Made by a program: the position numbers and the translations under genes. Below the pieces are notes generated by a model. The model saw nothing but the letters and a program-made list of their open reading frames with translations, did not search any database and was not told the DNA's origin. A stretch of DNA of 64,000 nucleotides, taken from Mobula hypostoma. Taxonomy: Eukaryota. Below are positions 26,426-38,228 of the stretch, piece after piece. Within the stretch, counting starts at the first letter, position 1, and each line of letters starts with the position of its first letter. The stretch is from assembly GCF_963921235.1 (NCBI RefSeq), contig NC_086098.1:220224001-220288000 (forward strand). Reading direction: 5' to 3'.

Positions 26426-26712
26426 TGTGGCGACCCACTTTCTGGCACACACAAACCGGCTCACGAAACAGCGCGTGCAGGCAGAGGGCCGGCAGCAAAA
26501 AGGGCGCCAGGCCATCTTCACCAGCAGGGGGAAAATCCCGCGCGCAGAAAGGGTCTGGGAATATGCATTCCCCACAGTAGTCCCACCCAGGGAGGACGGG
26601 AACGGGAAGGCTTTAAAGCGGGCCGCGAAGTTTGAATAAATCTCTTTCATCGCAACTCTAACTCACCGACTCCGTGTGGTTATTCTAGCGCTGTGTGTAG
26701 CACATTGCTACA
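26426..26712 (+). repeat. 3' LTR
   Basis: TGTGGCGA...TTGCTACA followed by TSD ATGT. Confidence 0.96.
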
Positions 26713-26784
26713 ATGTTTAGGATCCCTGTTAGAAAACTATTTTCTTCTCTTGAGAAATAAAAGCATTCACTAATAATAATAAGG

Positions 26785-27255
26785 ATTAAGGATCAATTTA
26801 TTCACTACTTATGGTACACTTACATGTATGAGGAATTTGCTATGGTGTGTTGGTCAGGGCGTGGCATGGAACAAAAAAAATCAACAAACAAAAAAGAATT
26901 ATATGAAACATAAAGTTAGAGGTTAGTGGATGGATATGGAATAAAATGTGCATAAATACATAAATATCAGGATGTATTTACAATATAAACAGAATTATAA
27001 AAAGTAGTTTAAAGTGTTTAAAGTGCAGTGCTTTGATGGGGGGATGGGGAGGTCTCACTAGAATGATTGGTCAGACTAACTGCATGGGGGAAGAGACTTT
27101 TAAGATGTCGTGAAGTTGTTTTATTTTAATAGCCCTGTAGCACTTTCCAGAGGGGAGCTTTTGGAAAAGGCCATTTGCAGCTTGGGTAATGCCTGCAATG
27201 ATCTTTCCTGCCCATTGCTTTGTCCTGGATACAAACAGGTCCTGCAGTGATAGTG
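26785..27255 (-). mobile_element. Rex1-type LINE 3' end (second family)
   Basis: LFQKLPSGKCYRAIK on minus strand; its 3' UTR recurs at 63335-63615. Confidence 0.68.
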
Positions 27256-28019
27256 GTCCCACCGTTTACTGCATCGTTTGTGATGGGAGCGGGCAACGCA
27301 GTAATGACCAGTAAATCAGGGAACTGGGGGAAAAGCTTATGTCAGCCCTGAACTGAGCGTCTTTTTTAAACAAAGCTGTTAGTGTTTGTACCACCAGCGA
27401 CATTTTTAACATGAAAAGCCTAATAGTTTCCAACAATTCTGTGAGTAGAATTTTTATGTACTTAGTATATTGTTGTCCCTTGAGATCTGTAGCTGGGTGC
27501 ACTGGGCAGTGTAACTAATTATAAAATGGGCTTTTGCCATTGCACTCATAGACTTTAAACAAGATCTCGGGGCTTGTTTCCGCATGCTGAATAAACTTAT
27601 TCACATCAAGGCTCAGGCTCACCAGGTTAATTCAAACAGGGTCTTTAATTCAGTTTATTCCGGTTTACGCTACAGGCTACAGTTTCACGGGGAGAGGGGC
27701 AGGCAAAGCGCAGTTACAGATCTGTAAGGGCTTGGCGATACTACGTTTAACAACATGCCAGAATCCACCTTTTATTGGGGTGGAGTAAAGACAAAATGAG
27801 AGGCTTTCATTCCCCTTGACCCTATGATTCTATGACTTCACAGACCGCCGTTTTGTCCCTTGACATTGTGGAGACTCTATTGACACCAATTATTAGGATC
27901 ATACAGCACAGAACCAAGCCTTTCAGCTTGCTAAATCTGTACTAACCCATTTCCAGTCTGCTCTTCCCAGATTCCCATCAACTCTGCCCAGCACTACCTC
28001 TGATGTAGGAGTAGATTAA

Positions 28020-28160
28020 CCTGTCCACTCACCTAACTTTGGGATGTGGGGAAAATGGAAAATACACCTATTCCCAGGGAGAAGTGCAAATTCCACATAT
28101 AGAGCACCAGGGGGTCAGGATTTAATCTGGGTCACTGGAATTGTGAAGTAACAGCTCTGT
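28020..28160 (-). mobile_element. V-SINE fragment
   Basis: Reverse complement of V-domain (TTTGGGATGTGGG...GGGAGAAGTGCAAATTCCACA). Confidence 0.55.
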
Positions 28161-28321
28161 TAGTAATTATTTCCATTAATTCAAGGTATATTGTCTTCTC
28201 AGGCTGACTCAGTATTTAATTGTTCATCTATAATTGGGCTGGAGAAGGAGGTGGTGAGCTGTTTCTTGAACTGCTGAGGTCCTCAAGGTGTTGGTAGACT
28301 CACAATGCTGTTAGGGAATTC

Positions 28322-30100
28322 ATAGAAATATAGAAAACCTACAGCACAATACAAGCCCTTCAACCCACAAAGCTGTGCCGACTATATCCTTATCTTAGAA
28401 ACTATCTAGGGTTACCCATGGCCCTCTATTTTTCTGAGCTCCGTGTACCTGTCCAGAAGTCTCTTAGAAGACCCTATCGTATCCGCCTCCACCACTGTCA
28501 CCGGCAGCACATTCCACGCACTCACCACTCTCTGCATAAAAAACTTACCCCTGACATCTCCTCTGTACCTACTTCCAAGCACCTTAAAACTGTGCCCTCT
28601 CATGCTAGCCAATTCTGCCCTGGGAAAAAACCTCTGACTATCCACACGATCAATGCCTCTCATCATCTTGTACACCTCTGTCAGGTCACCTCTCATCCTC
28701 TGCCGCTCCAAGGAGAAAAGGCCAAGTTCACTCAACCTATTTTCATAAGGCGTGCTCCCCAATCCAGGCAGCATCCTTGTAAATCTCCTCTACACCCTTT
28801 CTATGGTTTCCACATTCTTCCTATAATGAGAAGACCAGAACTGAGCACAGTACTCAAAGTGGGGTCTGACCAGGGTCTTATATAGCTGCAACATTACTTC
28901 TCGGTTCCTAAACTCAGTCCCATGATTGATGAAGGCCAATGCACTGTATGCTTTCTTAACCACAAGGTCAACCTGAGCAACAGCTTTGAGTGTCCTATGG
29001 ACTCGGACCCCAAGATCCTTTTGATCCCCCATGCTGCCAAGAGTCTTACCATTAATACTATGTTCTGCCATCACATTTGACCTACCAAAATGAACCACCT
29101 CACACTTATCTGGATTGAACTCCCTCTGCCACTTCTCAGCCCAGTTTTGCATCCTATCAATGTCCTGCTGTAACCTCTGACAGCCCTCCACACTATCCAC
29201 AACTCCCCTGACCTTTGTGTCATCAGCAAATTTACTAACCCATTCTTCCACTCCCTCATCTGGGTCATTTATAAAAATTACGAGAGTAGGGGTCCCAGAA
29301 CAGATCCCTGAGGTACACCACTGGTCACCGGCAGCATATGACTCGTCTACAACCACTCTTTGCCTTCTGTGGGCAAGCCAGTTCTGGATCCACAAAGCAA
29401 TGTCCCATTGGATCCCATGCCTCCTTCCTTTCTCAATAGGCCTTGCATGGGATACCTTATCAAATGCCTTGCTGAAATCTATATACACTACATCTAATGC
29501 TCTACCTTCATCAGTGTGTTTAGTCTCATCCTTAAAAAATCCAATCAGGCTCCTAAGGCATGGCCTGCCTTTCACAAAGCCATGCTTACTATTCCTAATC
29601 ATATTATGCCTCTCCAAATGTTCATAAATCCTGCCTCTCAGAATCTTCTCCATCAACTTACCAACCGCTGAAGTAAGACTCACTGGTCTATAATTTCCTG
29701 GATGATGTCTACTCCCTTTCTTGGACAATGGAGCAACATCCACAATCCTTCAATCTTCCGGACCCTCTCCTATCCCCATTGATGATGCGAAGATCATCTC
29801 CAGAGGCGCATCAGTCTCCTCCCTCGCCTCCCATGGTAGTCTGGGATACATTTCATCTGGTTCCGGCGACTTACCCAACTTGATGCATTCCAAAAGTTCC
29901 AGCACACCCTCTTTCTTAGTATCTACATGCTCAAGCTTTTCAGTCCGCTGTAAGTCATCCCTACAATCGCCAAGAAACTATTCTGTAGTGAATACTGAAG
30001 CAAAGTACTCATTGAGTACCTCTGCTATCTCCTCCAGTTCCATAAACACTTTTCCACTGTTAGACTTGATTGGTCCTATTCTCTCATGTCTTATCCTCTT
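28322..30100 (-). mobile_element. CR1 LINE, 5'-truncated, RT domain pseudogene
   Basis: ORFs 28790-29743 and 28412-28774 (-): NYRPVSLTS, DFSKAFD, FADD, LVRPHFEYCAQFWS, RGDL.EVYK; (TTCTATG)-like tail at 28322. Confidence 0.93.
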
Positions 30101-30589
30101 CCCGGACAATGACACAGCAATAATGAAGGATCAGTGATATACTTCCACATCAGGATGGTGTCGGGCTTTGGAGGGCAACTTCCAGAAGGTGGTGTTGCCA
30201 TGTTAGGTGTACCATTGAGTTGGTCAGTAATTTTCACTGTGCCAGTCAATGAATTGCGGGTGAGTGAGGTTTGCAGTCTTATTCTCAGCAGACAGAAATC
30301 GCTCAATCCCATTTTCCCCTGAAGCAGCATTGTGGCTCATCCTTGTGCTGTTTGGGAATGCCAGAGCAGAGGGCAAGAACTTCCACTGTGACGCTGACAG
30401 ACACACACTGCTGGGTTTCCCTGTATTACACCATGCCGTTCCTGCATTGACAGAACTTCACCTGTGCAATTCCGCACAGCAGCTGTTGTTGGAATTCCTT
30501 GTCGCCGTTCATTGCTGTGCTGATTGGCAAGAAGGTCCCAAAGGACACGGGTCATGGCAGACACAGCTGAGCCATGTATAAGGAGGGTG

Positions 30590-31345
30590 GGGGCTAATGT
30601 GAGGTACAGGAGGTGAGGTGAATCAACTGGTTGAGTGGTGTCACAATAGCAACCTTGCACTTCACTCAATCTTGAAGATTGTGGGCTTCAGAAAGGGGAA
30701 GGCAGGAGAACAAACACCAGACCTCATCAAGGGGTCACACTGGAACGGATGAATGGTTTCAAGTCCCTGGGTGTCAATATCTCTGAAGATCTATCCTGGG
30801 CCCATATCGATGTGATTACAAAGAAGACATGACAGCGGCTATATTTCATTAGGAGTTGGAGATGATTTGATATGTTAACAATACTCTAGCAAATTTCTAC
30901 AGATGTTCTGTGGAGAGAATTCTGTCTGGTTGCCTCATCAACTGGTATGGAGGTGCCAGTTTGAAAAATAGCTGCAGAGGGTTGTAAACCCAGCCGACCT
31001 CATCCACCATCGAGGAAATTTTCAAAAGGTGATGTGTCAAAAAGCTAGCATTTATCATTGAGGACCTTTACCACCTACAGCATGCCTCCTTCTCATTGCT
31101 GCCTTCAGGGAAGAGCACAGGTGCTTGAAAACACACGCGCAGTGTTTTATGAGCAGCTTCTTCCCCTCTGCCGTCAGATTTAGGGAAGGTCCATGGACCC
31201 ATAACCACTACCTCACTATTTCACTCTCTTCTTGCACCACATACATTGAAAATATATTTCTTATTGTGACTTTTAATTTTCTGTGTACTGTTGCTGCAAA
31301 ACAAACAAAAAAATCATGACATTTGTCAGCGATAATAAACCTGAT
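30590..31345 (+). mobile_element. Rex1-type LINE 3' fragment
   Basis: FKSLGVNISEDLSW, QRLYFIRS, SFFPSAVRF; GATAATAAACCTGATTC tail. Confidence 0.8.
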
Positions 31346-31928
31346 TCCCATTCTGATCTGGGGTAGGTCTGTGTGGACGGCTACCTCTCTCACTCGAGTG
31401 GCCTCAAACTGCAAATTATGGCTCCTCAAAGGGACAATGCAGTAAGATGTACAGAGCAGAGGTGAAGAAATCATTATCAGTGAGCGAGGCTGGCAGGGGT
31501 AGTGGACACATTGTTAATTTCCCTCTGCAGACCCATTGACTTGGATCTCTTCTCTAACTTTCTGTGGGATTTGCTTCTTAGTTTGCTTTGTGTTATAAAC
31601 GCAGGTCGGAGGTCACATCCTTATCAATCAGGTAAACAGGTAAATGGGCTCTATACAGCAGGTGACATCATTGGGTCTACTTTTGCCCTGGGTCAGGTGT
31701 CAGACTTGTTGCAGCAAATTGCCGCTGGACGACGCCGGACCTATAGGTTGTTAATCTATCTGGACAATGATCGTTAGTGCAATTCATCATCTGTACGATG
31801 GCTTTTATCTACAAATTATACTTGAGAAACAAGAGAGGAGAGTATCTCAGCAGTCAGCTTTCCACCCAAGTAGAAAATAGTGGCAGACAAATTTTTACCA
31901 AATATTCCTCCACCCTTGATGGATGTAG

Positions 31929-32056
31929 NNNNNNNNNNNNNNNNNNNNNNNNNNNNNNNNNNNNNNNNNNNNNNNNNNNNNNNNNNNNNNNNNNNNNNNN
32001 NNNNNNNNNNNNNNNNNNNNNNNNNNNNNNNNNNNNNNNNNNNNNNNNNNNNNNNN
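31929..32056. other. Assembly gap (128 N)
   Basis: Run of n characters. Confidence 1.
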
Positions 32057-32114
32057 GCTTGTGTGTGTGTGTGAGTCCACATGTATACATGTGTTAGTGA
32101 ATGTGCAAGTGTTA

Positions 32115-32154
<40 letters not shown>

Positions 32155-32361
32155 ACAGTGTTTGTGAATTTGCACGAGTGCACACGTGTGTATCTGTGTG
32201 TGTCTGCAGCACAGATCTGTGTGCATGTGTCTGTGAGAGTGTGCATGTGTGTCTGGGTGTACATATCTGTGTGCATGTATAAACAAGCATGCTTGTGTGT
32301 GTGTGTGAGATTGAGTGCATGAAGGTGTGAATATATGTGTGAGTGTGTGAGAGAGAGAGAG

Positions 32362-32392
<31 letters not shown>

Positions 32393-32500
32393 TCGAGTGC
32401 ATGAAGGTGTGAATATATGTGTTTGTGAGTGTGTGTCTGAGTGTGTGCCTGAGTGCACATATCTGTGCACTTATCTGTGTGTCTGTGAGAGTGTGTGCAA
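32057..32500. repeat. Compound (TG)n/(GA)n microsatellite and low-complexity tract
   Basis: Pure (TG)n at ~32119-32152 and ~32364-32389, (GA)n at ~32349-32364, duplicated GAGTGCATGAAGGTGTGAATATATGTGT unit. Confidence 0.95.
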
Positions 32501-34384
32501 AGGAGACTACAATTGAAAACCGAATTTGTACCTGATTCCTAAAGCCTTGGTCACAGCTGACAGGGTGCTGCACTATGTGCACCCCAATACTCTTCTTCAT
32601 GGTGGCATCAGAGAAGGTAGGCAGCCAAGGGTCCAACAGGGCTATTGAATAAATTGATTAGCGCCCTTGGGGCAAGTGATTGGTGGATTGGTGTGACTGT
32701 GCATGGCATTAATTCAATTCACTTTATCCCTTGAAGAATGTCTGAGAGGCAATTTTGAGAATCAGCCTATAAAACCAGTTGTCCGTTGCTGATTGCAGGA
32801 AGGATCAACTGTGAGATGGATGACCATTCACTTAAACTATAACTCAGCAAAGCCATCTCCAATTTAACAGCTTCTAGGAAGTAATCAGGTTATCTCTGCA
32901 CTCCAAGGCAGAGGTCGAGATAACACACTTGTAGTTTGCAGTGTCTGAACCTTCAGTTTGCCGGGCTGTTAACAGCTTTCTGAGAACAAACTCCCAGTTT
33001 GGATTAGTGATAATGATTAACTCTTCTTTCTGCCATTACGTCAACTAACTCTGCAAATGAACTACATCAAAACCTGTCAGAAACAGTTGTACAGCTAATG
33101 GCATGTAAGGTAGGTCTCATCTGAGGTAGGTTTGATTTGCCAGAATTAACAGACGGGTCCTCTGTTGTGCATGTCTTCCAAACTTTTTAGCAGTCCTTCA
33201 ACTCTGGCATGCCAGGGAGACATTGAGTGGAGTTCTGAGGTAACATGTTCGTACATGAGGAAAATTTTGATGAGCAGGGCTAAATTCAAGCAGGGAGTTC
33301 CTGTCCAATGCAAATATAGCATTTAAATTTTCATCGATGTGTTCATGTGATATTATTTTTAACCTTTATGGACGCATGGACACAGAACCACTGAGCTTCT
33401 GTGAGCAGTGGGGAGGAGTCACATGATTAGAATAGCTCAATTTTTCTCAATGAATTTTGAACCTTGGAAAGGCTTAACAGCTGCCTGACCCGAAATTGAT
33501 TACTGACAGTTAATCATTCAGAAATTGGCTAATCACTGATGGCTCGAGATGAAAAAGCCGTCTCAATTCAAGATGCTGATTAAGCATGGGTAAAAATAAA
33601 ACTGGCTGAAGGGAGTAATGTCCGGGTGCAATTCCCTGCAACATTTAATGAATATGTACTTATTCTGTATTTACTATATAAAATGTTATTTTGGTGTGAT
33701 ACTTGACTATGGTCATGGCAAACATTTAACGACAACTTAGTCGAAATGGGGAAAAAAGCCTCAACAACAGTGAAGGTAATCTCTGTGTTCTATGGGAATA
33801 CATTGATGAATACGTTTGCTGGTTGGTTACTATACTACAAATGATTCATTTTAAAAACATGAATGTAAGAATCTTGATAGTTATAAACAATGTTTGATTC
33901 AAATTTATTTTATACACTTACATAAAGTTCACTGCATTGGGTGGAACATATTTATTTAAGTGGGTGGCCTTTGGAATATTTAACTTTGTTTTTAATGTTA
34001 ATAGTAAGATGAAAGTTTTGACCACAAACCAAAATTTAAATCCAATAAATTTTTTGTTTCTGCCACAAATATCTAAATGGAAGATGAAGCCAGACTTTTT
34101 TTTATCATTCAGCTGTTAATATTTGATCTTTTTGGCTGGGATTAACACCATGTTGTTTGTGTATGTGGATGGCCTGTTATGGTTAACGATCCATGTTCGT
34201 GACAGAACTGCGGACAGCCCAACAGTCATGATGTGTGACTGTACATACTCAGCACACAGCAGCAAATTCACTTCAGCTCTATTAAAGGAATGCAGTGGTT
34301 GGTATTTAACATCAACATCTGGCTTCCAAAGACCTTGGCACCAATATATTTGCAATGACAAAGGAATTAAATGTTAAGCATCAT

Positions 34385-35545
34385 AAGTTTTATAATGACC
34401 TGGATGAGGAAATGGAGAGGTGGGACAGTAAGTTTGTAGATGACGTGAAGGTGGGAGGTGTTGTGGATGGTGTAGAATCTTATCATAAATTACAATAAGA
34501 TAGAGACAGAATGCAGAGTTGGGTATAGAATCGGCAGATAGAGTTTAATGCAGGAAAGTGTGGTCTTACACTTTACGGAAGATCAAACTTGAAGGTGGAG
34601 TACAAGATTAGTGCCGAATTTTCAGCAATGTGAAGGAAGAAGGGAATCTTGGATCCAAGTCCACTCAAAGTTCATAGTCATAGTCATACTTTATTGATCC
34701 CGAGGGAAATTGGTTGCTGCACAAGTTGATAGGGTCAATATGAAGGCTTACCGTATGTTGGCTTTCATTAGTCAGACACTTGAGTTCAAGAGCCATGATG
34801 TTGTAGCTCTATAAATCTCTGGCCCAACTACACTTGGAATATTATGTTCAGTTCTGGTTGCCTCATTGTAGGAAGGATGTAGAAGCTTTAGAGAGGATTC
34901 AGAAAAGGTTTACCATGATGCAACCTGGATTAGATAGCATTAACTTTTGAGGAAAAGTTGAGCAAGCTAGGGTTTTTCTCTTTGGAGCGACAGAAAATGT
35001 GAAGTGATTTGGTAGAGTTGTACAGTATAAGATTATGAGAGGACGGCTTGTGAATTTTTTTAAAGATGGAAATGGTTCATTACAAGAGGGCATAATTTTA
35101 AACTATGGGATAATTCAGAAGTAATTATTTTTCCACGGAGAGTGGTGGGTACATGGAACACACTATCAGGGATATTTGTAGAGCCTGATACAATAGGGAC
35201 ATACTGTATAAGAAATTCTCAGATTGCAGTAGTGTCTGGGGTTGTGCTAACCATCTTCTGCTGTGACTTCTTCTAATTCTACATCATCAAACTTGTGAAA
35301 GGAAAGAACTTGGGTCTTCCCTTACTTGTCTGAGACCAGCAACATTTACCATGCAAGCAACACACCGTAGTGCACCTGTACACAATGTAAATGATGGGAA
35401 AGATGGGAAATGTTTTTTTAATCAAATAGAATTAAAATAATATATGTAAGAAAAAGCGAGGGTTATAGGAGGGCAGGGTTAGCTTGATTGAGAAATAGAT
35501 TAATTTAGCTTGGCACAACATTGTGGGCTTAAAAGCTCATACTGC
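34385..35545 (+). mobile_element. Old CR1 LINE fragment, interrupted
   Basis: FVDD (from FADD) and LEYYVQFW remnants; a short Rex1-type tail is inserted at ~34672-34715. Confidence 0.72.
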
Positions 35546-35579
35546 ATTACACCATTTGGCTTCTTTTCTACTGGACTCA

Positions 35580-35962
35580 ACTGGGATGGAACTGGACTCT
35601 CTGACAGTGGTGTCTGAAAGAGGATGCTGTCCAAGTTGCATGCCATCTTGGACAATGTCTCTCATCCACTACGTAATGTACTGGGTGGGCACAGGAGTAC
35701 ATTCAGCCAGAGACTCATTCCACTGAGATGCAACACAGAGCGTCATAGGAAGTCATTCCTGCCTGTGGCCATCAAACTTTACAACTCCTCCCTTGGAGGG
35801 TCAGACACCCTGAGCCAATAGGCTGGTCCTGGACTTATTTCCTGGCGTAATTTACATATTACTATTTAACTATTTATGGTTTTGTTACTATTTAATTATT
35901 TATGGTGCAACTGTAACGAAAACCAATTTCCCCCGGGATCAATAAAGTATGACTATAACTAG
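35580..35962 (+). mobile_element. Rex1 LINE 3' end, well preserved
   Basis: ILDNVSHPL...RKSFLPVAIKLYN; AATTTCCCCCGGGATCAATAAAGTATGACTAT tail. Confidence 0.78.
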
Positions 35963-36179
35963 AAGCAACTGATGCACTCTGATGTTATAGGTTATGATAT
36001 TGGACATTATTACATGACAGGTAAGTTCTTTCCTTGTTAAAAGATTTAGAGATTAAAGATAAGCTTTATTTGTCAGATTTACATTGAAGTATACAGTGAA
36101 ATGTCCCCTTGTCATTCACCAATACTGTTCAAGGAGGTGCTGGTGTCAGCCTGCAAGTCAGGAGTTTATTGCCTGGGAA

Positions 36180-36550
36180 AATTGATAGAGGTATACACAA
36201 TCATAAGGGGTATAAATAGGGTAAACACAAGCAGACTTTTTTCCACTGAGGTTGGGTAAAACTAGACGAGAGGTCATAGGGTTAAGGATGAAAGGTAGAA
36301 TATTTAAGGGGAACTTGAGGGGGAACTGCTTTACTCAAAGGGTAGCTAGAGTGTGGGACAAGCTGCCAGTGCATGTGGTGGATGCGATTTCGATTTCAAC
36401 ATTTAAGAGAAGTTTGGATAGGTACATGGATGTGAGGGGTATGGAGAGCCCCCATCCAAGTGCAGGTTGATTGGACTAGGCAAAGTAACAGTGTGGTACA
36501 GACTAGATGGGCCAAAGGGATGATTCTGTACTGTAGTGTTCTATGACACT
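36180..36550 (+). mobile_element. CR1 LINE 3' end
   Basis: RGNCFTQRVARVWDKLP...FKRSLDRYM; CR1 tail. Confidence 0.78.
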
Positions 36551-36959
36551 AATAGGTTGATTGGAAGTGGTCTGTAAAATGTGAACAGGGCTGGATGAGG
36601 GAAAATAAGGTGGAAAGTTGGATTAGTATGGATAGTCTGTGGCAGCATAGACACGATGGGCCAAAGGGCCTGTTTCTGTGCTGTGTGACTCTAACTATAC
36701 TACATTGCATCAAAGGAGTAATATTAATGGATGAAAAGTTGATTAAGTAATGAGCAATTCAGATCAAAAACTGGGTTCACTCCTTGGCTCTCTGCTCTCT
36801 GCAATTTATATAACTTACAAGCAGATTGCAAACTGCTTAAGCGAATGGGTAAGATGTACATGGCCTGCTATAATGCGTAGGGCATGACTTTATTTCTGTG
36901 TTAGGAAAGAAGCTGTTATGTACACAGTGGGAAATCTCATGCTCTTCAATCTGCAGAAG

Positions 36960-37185
36960 GCTGGCTGGTGGCGCAGTGAGATCAGCGCCGGACTCCGGAG
37001 CGAAGGTTCCCGAGTTCGAATCCAGGTCGGGCCACCCCCGAGCATGCTTTCCATCTGTGCCGCTAGCCGCTCAACCTTGTAAAAAATACAAGTGTCAAGT
37101 CAGGAATGTTCGTAACGTGACCCAGTTAATCCTGACACCACATGCCAGACGAGAATGGCTGAATACGACACGCTTAAAAAAAAAG
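36960..37185 (+). mobile_element. tRNA-derived SINE, copy 2 (poly-A tail)
   Basis: Same head as 12500 (GCTGGCTGGTGGCG...GTTCGAATCC); A9 tail; 10-bp TSD TCTGCAGAAG (36950-36959 and 37186-37195). Confidence 0.88.
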
Positions 37186-37299
37186 TCTGCAGAAGATGGT
37201 CCTGTACAGATACAGCAAACAACTAGGGTAGTAAATAGTACCTTGGTCCTTCTTGAAAGGAGCTTTAGTAAGGAAGTCCTGATATTGGATTGGGCCGTT

Positions 37300-37840
37300 C
37301 ATACAGATCAGATCATTACACAATGCACTGAGCTGGAATAAGGTAAAACAATAAAAAGGTGATTAAAGTGTAAAAGCTACTGAATAAGTTCAGTGCAGGT
37401 AAATGATAAAGTTCAAGATTACAATGATATGAGTCCACAAGCCCTTCATATCATTCAAGAAGTCTGTTTAAGAGTCTGAAAGTAGTGGGATAGAAGCTGA
37501 CCTTGAGCCTGATGGTACTTGCATTTGTATCTTCCGTGTGATGGGACGAGTGATAAAAGAGAATATCCAGAGTGGGTGGGGTCGGTGATTATGCTTGCTG
37601 CTTGTGACTGAGGCAATTCGTGACATAGACAGAATCCACAGAGGGGAGGTACATACTTTCAGGCTTTTGTATCTTCTGCCTGATGGGAGGGGTGAGGAGA
37701 GAGAATGTCTAGGGTCGGTGGGGAATTTGATTAAGCTAGCTGCATTACTGAAGTAACAAGAAGTATAGACAAGAGTCGATGGAGGAGAGGCTGGGTCCTG
37801 TGACGTGCTGAGCTGTGTCCACAACTCTGCAATTTCTTAC
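37300..37840 (-). mobile_element. Rex1-type LINE 3' end
   Basis: LSSPLPSGRRYKSLK on minus strand; internal rearrangement. Confidence 0.68.
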
Positions 37841-38228
37841 GATTTTTGGTGAGATCATATTTTTACAATATGCAGTTTTAGTCTTCAAACCATAAGATAC
37901 AGGAGCAGAATTCAGCCCATCAAGTTTTCTCCATCATTTAATCATGGCTGATATTTTAAAACCCATTCTCCCTCCTTTTTTTCAGTAATCCTTAACCCCT
38001 TTACCAATCAAGAACCTATGAATTTCTATCTTAAGTACACCTGGTGACTTGGCGTCCAGAGTCCTCCATAGCAAGATGTTTCCTTGAAGTGCAGATTTAC
38101 CAGGCTGGTTCCTAAAGTGAGGGGAGAAGAAGAAGAAGGAGGAGGAGTAAAAATGGCCTTTTCTCACCAAATTTGAGGAGAAAGTTGGAAAGTTTCAAGT
38201 TCCACATTTATTATCAAAGTACATATAC

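Larger units (their letters stand above)
23338..26580 (+). pseudogene. pol: Pol (protease, RT, RNase H, integrase) with two in-frame TGA stops
   Basis: LVDTGA (PR), YLDD (RT), DAS/ELLA/TDH/ADALSR (RNase H), HNLAH...CMQC, DIVGP/SDRG/VER and GPF (IN), all in one frame; stops at 25324-25326 and 25669-25671. Confidence 0.93.
22334..26712 (+). mobile_element. Full-length Ty3/Gypsy LTR retrotransposon, CsRn1/Kabuki-type, no env
   Basis: Two 287-bp direct repeats with TG...CA ends; 4-bp TSD ATGT (22330-22333 and 26713-26716); PBS and PPT present; gag then PR-RT-RNaseH-IN order; Gag knuckle CX2HX9CX3C. Confidence 0.97.

Noticed and set aside
22334-26712. Endogenous retrovirus because the PBS matches the avian retroviral tRNA-Trp PBS
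   Set aside because: No env, and RT, IN and Gag motifs are Ty3/Gypsy type
30264-30581. 105-aa ORF in GC-richer unique sequence
   Set aside because: Non-ATG start, no domain, no supporting exon structure
31777-32636. Long His/Thr- and Val/Cys-rich ORFs
   Set aside because: Translation of the (TG)n microsatellite and N gap
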